Assembly (NCBI GenBank): GCA_012295275.1
Contig: CM022674.1
Coordinates: 12,400,001-12,464,000 of the forward strand
From: Chrysomallon squamiferum
Taxonomy: Eukaryota > Animalia > Mollusca
Direction of reading: 5' to 3'
DNA length: 64,000 nt
The notes beneath the pieces are model-generated. The model saw only the letters and a program-made list of their open reading frames with translations, was not told the DNA's origin and did no database searches. Positions 43,635 through 56,490 of this stretch are shown piece after piece. How positions within the stretch are numbered: position 1 is the first letter of the stretch; every line of letters begins with the position of its first letter. The translations under genes and the position numbers were made by a program.

Positions 43635-43812
43635 GAGAAAGATTTTGAGTTTGTTGACGAAGCTCTGAAGAGGACGATACGAGAGGTCACTCTGACAGAC
43701 GATGAAGATTTTCTCAACCAGGAGCCAGGGTCAGGTCCAGATGAGACCGAGGGGAGTGCTACCACAGAGACCCCCGTAGCGACTCCAACTAAAGTTGTAC
43801 CTGGTTCTCCAG
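43635..43812 (+). CDS. HSPG2: Perlecan coding exon 2: acidic domain I segment with candidate glycosaminoglycan attachment site
   Basis: Acceptor ttttgttatttcag, donor G|gtaagt. 178 nt, phase 0 to 1. Encodes EKDFEFVDEALKRTIREVTLTDDEDFLNQEPGSGPDETEGSATTETPVATPTKVVPGSP. LTDDEDFL parallels human LSDDEDML, and GSG lies in an acidic context. Confidence 0.9.
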
Positions 43813-44564
43813 GTAAGTTCTTTTTTAAATACAACAAAAAAAAAAGATTAATCTTAATAATAACAGTGATGATGATGATAATACATAGAAGTAAATATTC
43901 ACACAAACATGTATGCATGCAGATACACACACATACTTATGTGAAGACGCATGTACACACAAACATGCAGTCTTTTGTGCACACTTACAAAATCATACAC
44001 TTGGCATTGTATCAAGTATGCACACATTTTCTGATTTTGAATTTCTGGAAGGAAAACTAGCAAAGACAAAACGAACTAAAAAAAAAAAAAGTAAAAAAAA
44101 AAAAAAATCTTTTCCAAGATAAACGTTCTGAGTAATCAGCAGTAATTTATAACTCTGAGTGAAAAAAAAAAAAAATTCAGGAAAATAAATATCTGTTTCA
44201 AAACTGCATCCAGACTTTGCAGAATTACTAGTCAGCATATAAAAAAGAAACTTGTGGTAGGGCAAGCTGACAAATGTATGTATGTGTGCTTATTTTCATA
44301 TATTCTTATGTGGCAATAAAATGTTGTATATGTGCATGTGCATGTGTGTTTGAGTGTTTGTGTGAGTATTTATGTGTATGTATTTTCATTTTCTATGTAT
44401 ATTATGTTTGCGTATGCATTTGTGAGTATATCTTTGTAATTATTTTTCTTTAAATGTGAAAGAAAGACTGACTAGGTAATTAATAAGTCTACAACCTGTA
44501 TTTGATTATAAATGTAGGGAATATATATAGGCTTTTATGAAATAAGATAAAGTACAATAATGCC

Positions 44565-44655
44565 ATCATTACTTTTTGTTTAGTAGGCAGGGATTGTTTT
44601 ATATGCAGGCAGGACAATACATACCATAACCTTTGTTAAACCATCCATGCAGCTC

Positions 44656-44657
<2 letters not shown>
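44565..44657 (-). mobile_element. SINE core relic, reverse orientation
   Basis: ttagtaggcagggattgttttatatgca...caggacaatacataccataacctttgttaaacca is the reverse complement of the motif at 9580-9660. Confidence 0.5.
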
Positions 44658-44690
<33 letters not shown>

Positions 44691-45281
44691 ATATGGTTTC
44701 CTTGCAGTGATATGAAGATTTATCTTTGAACATACATATGAAACTAATTAACATCATGCTAAATCAATAAACATCATTTTCTCTCTCTCTTTTATAATCT
44801 CCTTTATAAACATTTCAGTGTTAGTGTTACTTCAGTCCCCATCTTTATAAACACATTTCTTTCTTGTCTAAGCATGTTTATTACTGCATCTATGGAATAT
44901 CTTGTGTTTATGCACACACTTTCTCACCGTGTAGTCACACATATGGGTTTAATAATATTGTTATTCTGTTGGTTTTTCCTTCAGACCATTTTATCATTGA
45001 CTTGCACTTGTGTGTTCTCTTGTGTGCATATCTTAATGTGCAGACTACTTGGGGTTTTTGTTTTGCTTGGTTAGGTACAGTTTGCTCACCTGCCAGATGT
45101 CTTTATTTTAGCATTTTGCGTTTATGAACACAAAACCCTTTTTGGTAGTACCTTTCCTTCTCACTTTCTGATAGGCTTGTACGAGCTTTGGATCTAGACA
45201 TAAATGATCATAAGGTCTTGATTAAAGGCAATTCAGTTGTAAAATATTTACTCAAAATATAGTTAAATACTGGTTACAGCA

Positions 45282-45319
<38 letters not shown>

Positions 45320-46049
45320 TCAAGTTCAACATCAACAAAAACAGCAGTTTAATAAAGACAGCCAAAGCAGCAAAAACAACAGCAACTGAAACAAATGCAA
45401 AAAACAGCAACAGAATCAGCAACAATAATAAATAAATAAATAAAAATGTATCCTGAAAAATAATTAATATATTTATGAATAATAATAATAATAATAATAA
45501 TAAAAATTATAAAGAAAAGTACAGGCTGTATTAGGAAATTTATCTGTTTATGTTTGTATTCTGAAGCCAGAGCCACAGCCCATCCCACCCAGCACCACAA
45601 CAACAACAATAAATAAATAAATAAATAAATAAAATGTAGCCAGAAAAATAACATAAAACTTCAAATATCTCATTTTATCTGTATATTTGTTTGTTTTTTC
45701 TATACCATGTTGTGAAATATTACAGTAATTACCTCACTGATGACTGTTAGATATCTGTATATGCTGAGCTGTCATTTTGTATTACATTCCTGTCTTTGCC
45801 AATTTACCCAGACACATTTACTGTTATCACAACAGTCTCTGAAAACTTGCCAACCCATCAGCTCTTGCTGAGTTTTGCTCTTTAATGTTCGAGATATCAA
45901 CTAGATATCAAAAAAGACTAGTTTGGTGGTTAGAGCAGATATCTGAAGTGAAACAGGCTGCTGCAAGATCTTCATTACAAGTCCATTCATCACTTTCCCA
46001 TTCAAGCCAGTGTTTTATATCCTTCCAGTTGAGCCAGTTGTGCGTTTTT

Positions 46050-46760
46050 GGTCAAACCCTGTAGTATCCTGTGTATTTCCAGTCAAGCCCTGTAGTATCC
46101 TGTGTATTTTCCAGTCAAGTAGTATCCTATGTAGTTTCTAGTTGCATTATGGAGTATCCTGACTTTCCTGTAGAGCCATGTCCTGTCCTGTGCATTTTCC
46201 AGTCAAGCCATGTATTGTCTATTTTCCAGTCAAGACATGTATTGTCTATTTTCCAGTCAAACTATGTATTGTCTATTTTCCAGTCAAACTATGTATTGTC
46301 TATTTTCCAGTCAAGACATGTATTGTCTATTTTCCAGTCAAACTATGTATTGTCTATTTTCCAGTCAATACATGTATTGTCTATTTTCCAGTCAAACTAT
46401 GTATTGTCTATTTTCCAGTCAATACATGTATTGTCTATTTTCCAGTCAAACTATGTATTGTCTATTTTCCAGTCAATACATGTATTGTCTATTTTCCAGT
46501 CAAACTATGTATTGTCTATTTTCCATTGAAGCCATGCATTATCCTGTGTATTTTCCAGTCAAGCCTTGTATTGTCTATTTTCCAGTCAAGCCATGTATTG
46601 TCTATTTTCCATTGAAGCCATGTATTGTCTATTTTCCATTCGAAGCCATGTATTGTCTATTTTCCATTGAAGCCATGCATTATCCTGTGCATTTTCCAGT
46701 CAAGCCTTGTATTATTATCCTATATATTTCCAATCAAGCCATGCATTATCCTGTGTATTT
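46050..46760. repeat. Minisatellite, 27-bp unit TGTATTGTCTATTTTCCAGTCAA(ACTA/GACA/TACA)
   Basis: Period 27 (46211, 46238...). It explains three overlapping repetitive ORFs at 46071-46815. Confidence 0.95.
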
Positions 46761-47068
46761 TCGATTCAAGTCATATAATAAATATCCTGTGTGTTTTTTC
46801 ATCATCACACTTTGATATTTTGCCAACTGATTATCTGCACCGATTTCATTTTTCCATGTTTATTCCATTCTGGTTAGCTTTCCTCAGCTTGAGGTCATGC
46901 TGTCTAATCTCTTTCCCTGCTTACAACTGTTTTTCTCTCTTGTTTGTCTACATCTTTGATTGTTTACTGACAAAATAACATTAAAGGGTTGACTATAGTA
47001 GGCGAAGTCTTCTCAAATTAGATTACTCAGAGCTTATTTCCTTACCATTATTGTTAAGGATCTATTAA

Positions 47069-47120
47069 GGGAAGGTTTGTAACAGAAATCTACTGCTAAT
47101 AGAAAAAGAGTAGCCCACTG
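47069..47120 (+). mobile_element. Short SINE core relic
   Basis: ctactgctaatagaaaaagagtagcccactg resembles the TGCTAATCGAAAAGAGTAGCCCATG part of the core. Confidence 0.4.
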
Positions 47121-47783
47121 TTTTAGAGAATGAGCTGGATAAGATGAACCCATTATTGATAAAGGTGTGACTACATTACAAGCAAGCTTAAACTTTACTG
47201 GGATAAAAGGATAATAAAAATATATTTCTACGAAAATGAAATAAATACCTTGGCTAATTAAGGACATGTCTTGTCCAGAGAACAAAGTTAGTCAGTTAGA
47301 TTAGGTCTTAGTGGAAATGACAAACTGGAAGATATTTATTAGGGGTGTGACATCAACAGTTATCAATAAAAAATACAAGTTAATTAGATCAATTGTAGAC
47401 AAAAATTGGAGAAGAAAACTTGATTTAATAAAGTTAACCAGGCAACAGAAAAATCAGAAAACTGTGATAGATCAACTGTAGACAGAAAACAACAAACAAA
47501 ATAAAAAAAAAAAGAAAAACCAAATTTTCAATGAAATGACATCTGTTTTTATAGATGTCTGTTTTGTGTTTTTATGTGTGTGTCTGCATGTGTGTGTGTG
47601 TGTGTGCATGTGCATGTGTGCAGGAATTTTGAGTGTGGAAGGTGCAATATCAGTGTTTGTAGACTCACTGACACAATGACAGTCTGATTAAGATGAACAT
47701 AGGCCAGGAAGAAGTATAAAAAAGTAACAGAGCTGAGGTAGAAAATATTTAAAAAATTCACTGTAATATTGTTTTTATTTCAG

Positions 47784-47949
47784 TGTACTACCGGGTGACA
47801 ATAAAGTTCACTCAGTTGCGATACACGCCTGAGTTGGCTGACAGAGACAGTCGACAGTTCCAGGAATTGTCTCGTGTCCTAGCAGACGCCATAGAGAGGC
47901 TCTACCACAACACACCTGGACAACAGCTTGTTACCATCTTTCAGTTCAA
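47784..47949 (+). CDS. HSPG2: Perlecan coding exon 3: SEA domain, N-terminal half
   Basis: Acceptor gtttttatttcag, donor AA|gtgagt. 166 nt, phase 1 to 2. Encodes (V)YYRVTIKFTQLRYTPELADRDSRQFQELSRVLADAIERLYHNTPGQQLVTIFQF, with the SEA pattern Y..EL.D..S..F.ELS. Not listed in the ORF track. Confidence 0.92.
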
Positions 47950-48287
47950 GTGAGTTTCACCGTTTTTACTTTGTTTTTGTAATAAATATATAATACTGTA
48001 GCTATACAAGTGTGTGTTAGATGATTACATTTCTGCTGTTTTCTGTTTAAAGATGTTTTTTTTTTTATTGCAGATGAACATTCAGTTATCCATGCACACA
48101 CACACACACATGCATATGCATGCATCCACGTACACATATATAAATAAACATATACACACACAGCCACATATACATACATACATACATACATACATACAGA
48201 CATACTTGCATACAAACATTCATTCATACACACATATATTCATACACACATACACACATACATACACGCATACATACACACATACAT

Positions 48288-48332
<45 letters not shown>

Positions 48333-48334
<2 letters not shown>

Positions 48335-49023
48335 GTATACCCTCACCTGTTCGCAGTTCCCCATTCGCGGGTTAGGCTCTTAACCCTATCGCATCATATG
48401 CTGGTATACCAGGCGAGCGTCATAACGTCATAAAAACAGATGCTTGGTAAACCGCACAATCAATATATCAAATTTTTTCAATTATTATTGCAATACAGTA
48501 CATATTTTTTTATAAATGCATACACTGTATGTACAGTGCATATTTTTTGTGACCCTGTATTAATAATGATTTTAATTGCATATTATTACTGAATTGTGCG
48601 TACTGTATTTATCTGTCTAGTTGCCTTTAAATTTGTTCCACTTTCTGTCAATTCTAATACATATGTTGTACGCATAGAAAACGACTTTACGGTACAGTAA
48701 TACTGTATGGGTAACTATGCTATGCAGTGTTACTGTCCTCCTGTACTTACGTTTCTTTCTGATTAAAATATTGTTTAAGTACAAAATTAAAATGTGTTTA
48801 CATTATCATTACTACATTAGTGAAATACATAACTGCATGCAATATTACTACATTATTACTGTATTAATGAGTAAGAGTGTCTTTAGAAAGTGTTTGGGAA
48901 GCATTTAGTACCGTATATAATCTCATAATAGACGTTTTAAAACTGCATCCAATATTCGCGGTTTTTCGCTATTCGCGGGGGGGGGTAAAGAACGTAACCC
49001 CCGCGAATAGCGAGGGAATACTG
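48333..49023. mobile_element. Non-autonomous Tc1/mariner-superfamily (Tigger/pogo-like) MITE, ~690 bp
   Basis: TA|CAGTATACCCTCACCTGTTCGCAG ... CCGCGAATAGCGAGGGAATACTG|TA gives imperfect TIRs with TA duplication. A subterminal hairpin lies at 48966-49013. CpGs are retained and there is no transposase ORF. Confidence 0.85.
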
Positions 49024-49999
49024 TACATACAAACATACATACATACTTGCACATCTCCCTTTATATCTGCAGACACATAAATACACAGTTCCTACATTTT
49101 AGTTATGATTTTGCTCAAAAAATGTTTATATTTAATACTAGCCATTATTACACACAGTGATATACACACAGGGAATCGACTGATATAAACATCCAGCTAC
49201 TAAGAAGATGTGAGCTCTTTCTTGTCACAATGGATCGTTCACTTAAATATCTTTACTTCCCACCTGGTGGGTACTGTATTTGTTGCTGTCTTGTAAGTGG
49301 GACTGAAGTAGTAGTGTGTTGTCAACCTTTCTCAAAAAAAAAAAAAAAAAAATTAAAAAGAATTTAAATTTCATTGAAATATCATCTGCTTCTAAAGACA
49401 TATGTTTTGTATTTTTATGTTTGTGTTTGTGTGTGTGTGTGTGTTTGCAGACTTACTGACACACATACATACACATTCTCCAGATAGTTTACACAATTCT
49501 ACACCATATTACTTTCCAGTCCTACAAAAGTACAATTCAGAATTGCAGAAAAGTATCCAGTGGTTGAAACAACCTTTAGGGTACACCTCGTTTTCAGTTT
49601 TTGTTTTGAGATATGACACATTGTGAAAGTCAATATGTTGTTTTGACTGAAATGTCAGTTGTTTATTCAACGGTTGACTCCCTAAACTGTTTTCTTTGAT
49701 CTCCTCAGTCTGGATGGTGTGTCAGATCACACAGATAGGATGTTTAACAAATAAACATTGTCTGAATCAATCTAGAAGAGTGTATCACAAATGTAGGCCT
49801 GCAGATATTTTTGCAAGAGACGAAAATTCTCTTGATAAACTGGTCCAAAAGAAGAAGGAAATATAGCCTCTGGAATGATTTATTCTTCAAAAAAGATGAA
49901 TTGAATAATTTACTTTCTGCTGATTTTATTATTATTTATTTAATGAAATTGAAAAACAGTCATTGTTATTATTAATACTTCAAATGGGTGACTGTTTTT

Positions 50000-50294
50000 A
50001 AATATCTTTAAAAGTGGCAGTCTTCCTGTAGGTTAAGTAGTGGCTATTTAAAGGGGGTATGGAAAAAATGGCACCGAATAAAATGGCACCTGGGAAATTT
50101 GGCACTATACATACATACATACATACATACAAACACACACACACACATATGTATGCTAACACACATACATAGATGAATGAGTACGTTCATACATACAAAC
50201 ACATTCATACAGATGAGCCTAATGTAAATATACATACGATAGTTAAAATATCCTCCAGAATGATATCATTTAGTCAATTCAAACTTAGCATAAG

Positions 50295-50336
<42 letters not shown>

Positions 50337-51160
50337 ATGTGTGCGTGTGTGTAGGTATGTGTGTGTGAACATATGTAGGTTTGTATGTGTGAACATATGT
50401 AGGTTTTTATGTATTTATTTGTATATGTGTGTATAAGTGTAATATTAAACTCTGATAAAATACTGTACTTTGTTAAACAAAACCAAGTGGCTAAGTGATG
50501 CTGTATATTAATATACATGTATGTAACAATATTGCATAAGTAAACTGTATTTTCAAAAGTACTTTTAATTTTTTTTTAAAGCAGCACTACAGAAAAAATA
50601 AATAACATGCCATTTTTTCCAAATCTGCACAGTGCCATTCCTTCCTAGTGCCATTTTTTCCAGTGCTGTTTTTTACCTACAACCATGTAAAGTGGCATTC
50701 TTCTTATATATTTTAGCTATATCTGTTAAAGTGGAAGTCTTGCAATAGGAAAAGCAATGTATATTAATTTTAAAATAGCTGAATTAGCAGGTCTGTTTGA
50801 AGTTGGAGTCTTTGTGTAGGTTCACAATGCCTATTTAAAGTGGCAGTCTGCCTACATGTTCAGCAGTGTCTGTTTAAAATGACAGTGTTCCTGTAGGTTC
50901 AATAATATCTATTTAAAGTGGCAGTGTTCCTGTAGGTTCAGTAATACCTATTTAAAGTGGCAGTGTTCCTAGGTTTCAGCAATGTCTATTAAAAGTGGCA
51001 GTCTTCCTACAGGCTAAACAGTATTCAAAGTATCTTTTAAGTTGTGTCATGTCTTGTTCAAAGTCTATAAGTTATGCAGTGATGCAATGTTTGTTAAAAG
51101 TGGCAGTCTTACTCTGGGTTAACCAGTGCCCAAGCTTTGGAAGTGGCAGTCCTCTTCTTG
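50000..51160. repeat. Degenerate 39-bp tandem array (TATTTAAAGTGGCAGTGTTCCTGTAGGTTCAG...), interrupted by an insertion
   Basis: atttaaagtgg occurs at 50911 and 50950, and the aaagtggcag motif is present on both sides of 50054-50684. Confidence 0.8.
50054..50684. mobile_element. Non-autonomous Mutator/foldback-like element with subrepeated TIRs
   Basis: The left end has repeated GGAAAAAATGGCAC-type units and the right end has inverted GTGCCATTTTTTCC units. It is flanked by near-duplicate ATTTAAAG (50046-50053) and ATGTAAAG (50685-50692). Confidence 0.7.
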
Positions 51161-51481
51161 TATGTTAAACAAGTGTTGCAGTGAAAACTTCAAGGTTAAC
51201 ATTAATGCTGATCGTGACATTTTGTCTTGTTCAGAAAATGTGGAGCAGGCCTTCTGCTTGTCAAACTAGTCTTCAAAAATTTATTTCTAGAAAGACATGT
51301 TCAAGGCTGATCATTCTGTTTCTTTTATTTTTATTTTTATTTTTTATTTTTTATTTTTTGAACTTTGGAATGTAGACATACGTGTAATGTTGCATTACTG
51401 TTTGTTTGTTCTTTTCCATTTAATGATACAACAGAGATTTTTGCAAATATATGTATGCACACACACACACACACACACACA

Positions 51482-51560
<79 letters not shown>

Positions 51561-51798
51561 GCGCGCGAGCAGGAAAATAAAGACTTTATGATACTGTGGT
51601 AACTATGGGAACATACAATACTTTGATGATTAAATATAAATATTCTTTGTAATCTTGCCAGAAACATTGACAACAACAACATTAATGAAAATGGTAAAAA
51701 GCAATAATTCACAAAACTAACAAATATCGGTAATAATAAGTCAAGTGAAAATACAGATTAAGAAACAGAAAGTATTTGTTCAGAGATTCAGTGAGATG

Positions 51799-51801
<3 letters not shown>

Positions 51802-51865
<64 letters not shown>
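51802..51865. repeat. (AG)n microsatellite
   Basis: Direct dinucleotide run. Confidence 0.95.
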
Positions 51866-51869
<4 letters not shown>

Positions 51870-52866
51870 AAAGGAACAAAAAACAGAAACAGAAGAAAAG
51901 AGAGGAGAAGAAGAGAGAAACAAAAAGGAAAACTGAAAGAAAGAAAAAATAAATGATAGAAAGAACAATTTAGAAAATATTTTAGATTCAAGTTATAATA
52001 TTGCTATTTAAACATGAGCTAAGTCTTAAATGTCGATTAACTGATACACTTGAAATGTGTAAAAACCATCAAAAACCATCCTGCTTTCATCAGATTTTAG
52101 AAATAAATCCATCAACATCTGGATTCAGTGCCAAACGTTTGGAGTCTAATTGAGATCAACACTTGCAGCTTTCAACTCCCTTATCTCAAGTGAATGTGTC
52201 AAAATGATAAATTAAAATTAAGTAAATAAAAAGTATTAAAATTAAAGATGAAAACGGCAACAAATTTTTCAGACATTTTACAGTTCTGAGGTATGTGTGT
52301 TGAAGTTCGTGTATCTGACAGAAACATTTAAATGTGTAAAAGTGAAATTATTATTAATTTCTTTCTTTTATTATTATTATTATTATTATCTGTGTGTGAA
52401 TATGAGAATACATGCATAATGGGCACATTAATCTGAAAAAGATCAAAATGAAATTGGATTCAGTAATTAATTTTCATCTTTTTTTTCTTTTTGTTTTTTA
52501 AGCAAAAGAATACTAAAGTAGATTGATACATATATAAAGAAAAATGACAAAATGAATACCTTTATTCACTCATTAATTCTTTCACTTCATTCTTTCAGGT
52601 TGTTTGTTCTTTTTTTTCTTTTTTCTTCACAAGCAAAAGAACTAATTAAATATGGAATTAATCTTAATAAACAAAGTATAAAATAATTTCATCTTTCAAA
52701 AAAAAAATTGTTCTATAAAATAATTAAAAAAAAGACCTGCTAATATTTTTTTCATTTACAAACATGAACGTTATTCTGTGTAGAGTTTCTTTTGACCTTG
52801 ACTAGATTTCTCTGAGTTAATTGTGAACCAGTAACATTATACTGAGTTTCTGGTTTCTGTTTGTAG

Positions 52867-52887
52867 ATATGTCGCTTATTCAGCCAG
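52867..52887 (+). CDS. Candidate 21-nt in-frame microexon within the SEA domain (gives KYVAYSAS in place of N)
   Basis: Pyrimidine-rich acceptor tttctggtttctgtttgtag, then ATATGTCGCTTATTCAGCCAG, then donor gtaggt. The length is a multiple of 3, it is stop-free in the required phase 2-2 frame, and GCATG follows at 52899-52903. Confidence 0.5.
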
Positions 52888-53326
52888 GTAGGTAACAGGC
52901 ATGTGGTTCATACAATTGTTATTAAACAGTCATGTAATTACAGCAAATAATAAACGCTTCCTCATTATGTTATGGATAGATTTACCATTGGCCTTGGGTC
53001 TTGGTAAACTTTGCCTAAACCAAAACTGGATTTTTCTTTTCTTTTCTAAATTCTAGCTTACGATAAAACTAAATTTTGTTTTGTTTTGTATGTTTAATTT
53101 TTGCCTATAATAAAACAGAATTTGTTCTTGCTTAATACTTTAACTAAAATAAAATAATTCTCTCTAAATAATTATTTTCTTTTGTGTTTCACAAATACAA
53201 ATATTAATAAAATAAAATCATGTGCTTATGTAAATAAAGCTTGTTATTTCAAAGTGGTTTGTTTAGTGGCAAATATTTATATTAATGGTCTCCTAAATGT
53301 TTTAATTTGTCCATATATATATATTT

Positions 53327-53331
<5 letters not shown>

Positions 53332-53386
<55 letters not shown>

Positions 53387-53408
53387 TTTTTTTAATATAT
53401 GTTTTGTA

Positions 53409-53441
<33 letters not shown>

Positions 53442-53444
53442 TGT

Positions 53445-53503
<59 letters not shown>

Positions 53504-53530
53504 TGTGGGTGTGTGTGTGTGTGTGTGTGT

Positions 53531-53565
<35 letters not shown>
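53332..53565. repeat. Compound (TA)n / (TG)n microsatellite
   Basis: Direct dinucleotide runs. Confidence 0.93.
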
Positions 53566-53568
<3 letters not shown>

Positions 53569-54464
53569 GGGGGAGTAGTTGGGTGAATAGATTTTTAAAT
53601 GAAATGGAAAAGTTAGAAAAAAACTGAGTGGAACTGAAAGAGGGAGATAGTGAAAAAGAATAAAAGATAGAAAGAGGGAGTTACAGGGAAAGATAGTATG
53701 AAAAAAACAAATAATATTTTATTTATTTATTTATTTATTTATTCAAGTTTTAAATTACAGGAATGGTATGCAGACTGACTTACTTTAAAAAACTCTACAT
53801 TTTGAACTCTAAAAGCTTTTGCTATGTATACTTGCAGTTTATAAGCTTTTTTTCACACACTGAATAATAAAATGGCTGATATTTTATTAACAGAAATACA
53901 CATAATTATACCTTCAGCATGAAACATTAAAATAAATGGCAGCCACTGGAGATATAATGCTTTTTAAAATAAATAAATATACTTGTATTTTAAGCTTATG
54001 TTATGGTTTATGCAGTCAACTGTTTATTTTTTAATTATGGCTTTGACTGCTTTGACATTAATAACTGGTGCATGGTGTGTATGTTAAATAAATATTTATA
54101 TGTAAAGTTGTTTTTAAATATTTACAGTGAGAGGAAGGCAAAAATGGATACAAAATGAAAATGGAAAACCATAAGAGTAATAAAACTCAAAGCTAATAAT
54201 TATGATGAATTTTTAAATTAAATTTTTTTTTTTTAAATTATATACTAAAATAAAATCATAATTATGTTTAAATAATTTGAAAGATATTTCATATTAACAA
54301 TAAAGTATATTTCAAAGGAAATATAAGAATACAGATTTGTTAAGGTTGTTATTTAGTTCTGGAATTTTATTTGTTTATTTATTTATTTATTATTATTAAT
54401 ATAATTTTATTATTATTTTTAGTTATTACTGTTATTATTACTATTGTTATTATTATAAATATTG

Positions 54465-54525
<61 letters not shown>

Positions 54526-55699
54526 ATTATGCTGAATCATTATGTATTTTAAAAATATCAGTATCTTTAATCTCTAACACTTTAAAACAGATAATCATTA
54601 ATTCAGGACAGGTAACTCTGTCATTGTTTTGACTCTTTCTTTACATACCAACTGGGTTACTCACCTGTCCAAATGAAATGTGCTATCTCAGCACTTCAGA
54701 AATACCTGAGTGCTTAAAAAGTCATGAATAAGATTTTTTACCTGTGCAAACACCTCTAAGTGGATTGCAAATATAACACAAGCGTGATTATGTTTTAGCT
54801 GTACAATAGACATTTACTCTGCACTCGTCTCATTTTGTCGTACAGGTAATCTGTTTTCATTCAGGTGTCGTCTTCAGATTATCTCAGGTGTGTTTTGAGA
54901 TTAACCTCAAGTGTTTGAAGATAATCTTGGGTGTGTTTGAAGATAATCTCACATGTTTCAGAATCTCAAATGTTTCAAAATAATCGCAAATGTTTCAAAA
55001 TAATCTCAGATGTGTTTCAAGATTATTTGAAAAGCAATTCACAGGTATTTAAAATCTTCACAGGTGTGTTTAAGATTACTGACAGGTGTTAAACTGAGGT
55101 GTGCTACAAGATTACTGGCAGCTTCCTTTTGAAACTTGTGAATTAAACACAAGCACAGACACACAGACACACACAAACACAGACATATACATTTTTCTCA
55201 TCATTTATGTTTTCTCAGTAACAAATACACAAATAAACTAAAGAAACAATTCTGATTATATTCAAGTCTATTTAGTAATGTTCATGCATGCCTGCCGTGA
55301 CCTTAATTTGTTTCTTAAACCAAAAGTCAAAAATATATTTCTTTTTCATCAAGATGGTTAATGCATTAATCAGGATCAAAACAGTTCATTTTTACAAATA
55401 AGTATGAATAAATCTTTAAATTCTGTTTACTGTTCATGCATGTCTTTCCTGGCAAAATATACTTGTTGATCTGATTTCTTGTTGGTCAAGACATTTATTT
55501 ATGTTTAATGGTGAAACATTATATTAATTATTATTAAAAAGAATTCATTATGTTATTTCATATTGTTTAATTAATCTATATGGCATTGTTCATTTATGCC
55601 TCTCCTGGCAAAATATTTCAATAATGCCAAGATTTGTAATATTACCTTTTATTGGTCTGGAAAGCTATTGATGTAAAGATGCAAAAGATATTTAATATA

Positions 55700-56490
55700 T
55701 TTTACCATTTCGTATGTGCACATTCATAATTTGATATGTGTATTTTTACAATTTGATGTGCACAATTTTATCATTTGATATGTGTATTTTTATAATTTGG
55801 TATGTACATTTGACCATTTTGTATGTGTATTTTTACAATTTGGTATGTACAATTTACAATTTGGTATGTTCAATTTACCATTTGGTATGTGTATTTTTAC
55901 AATTTGGTATGTACAATTTACCATCTGGTATGTGTATTTTTACAATTTGGTATGCACATTTTTATCATTTGGTATGTGTCTTTACAATTTGGTATGCACA
56001 TTTTTACCATTTGTATGTGTATTTTACAATTTTTGCACATTTTTATTATTTGGTATACAATTTACAATTTGGTATGTACATTTTTATCATTTGGTATGTG
56101 TATTTTTATAATTTGGTATGCACATTTTTATCATTTGGTATGTGTATTTTTATAATTTGGTATGCACATTTTTATAATTTGGTATGTGTTTTTATAATTT
56201 TGTGTATGCACCATTTTGTATGTGTATTTTTACTATTTGGTATGTGTCTTTTTACAATTTGGTATGCACATTTTTATCATTTGGTATGTGTATTTTTACA
56301 ATTTGGTATGTGTCTTTTTACAATTTGGTATGTGTCTTTTTACAATTTTGTATACACATTTTTATTATTTGGTGTGTGTATTTTTACAATTTGGTATACA
56401 CATTTTTATCATTTGGTATGTGTATTTTTACAATTTGGTATGCACATTTTTATCATTTGGTATGTGTATTTTTACAATTTGGTATATGTA
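55700..56490. repeat. Minisatellite, ~22-bp unit ATTTGGTATG(TGTA/CACA)TTTTTACA
   Basis: Visible tandem array. It explains the longest ORF in the track (55738-56499) and overlapping ORFs in all three frames. Confidence 0.93.

Noticed and set aside
46071-46815. Three overlapping repetitive ORFs
   Set aside because: They come from a 27-bp unit without stops and are not a gene.
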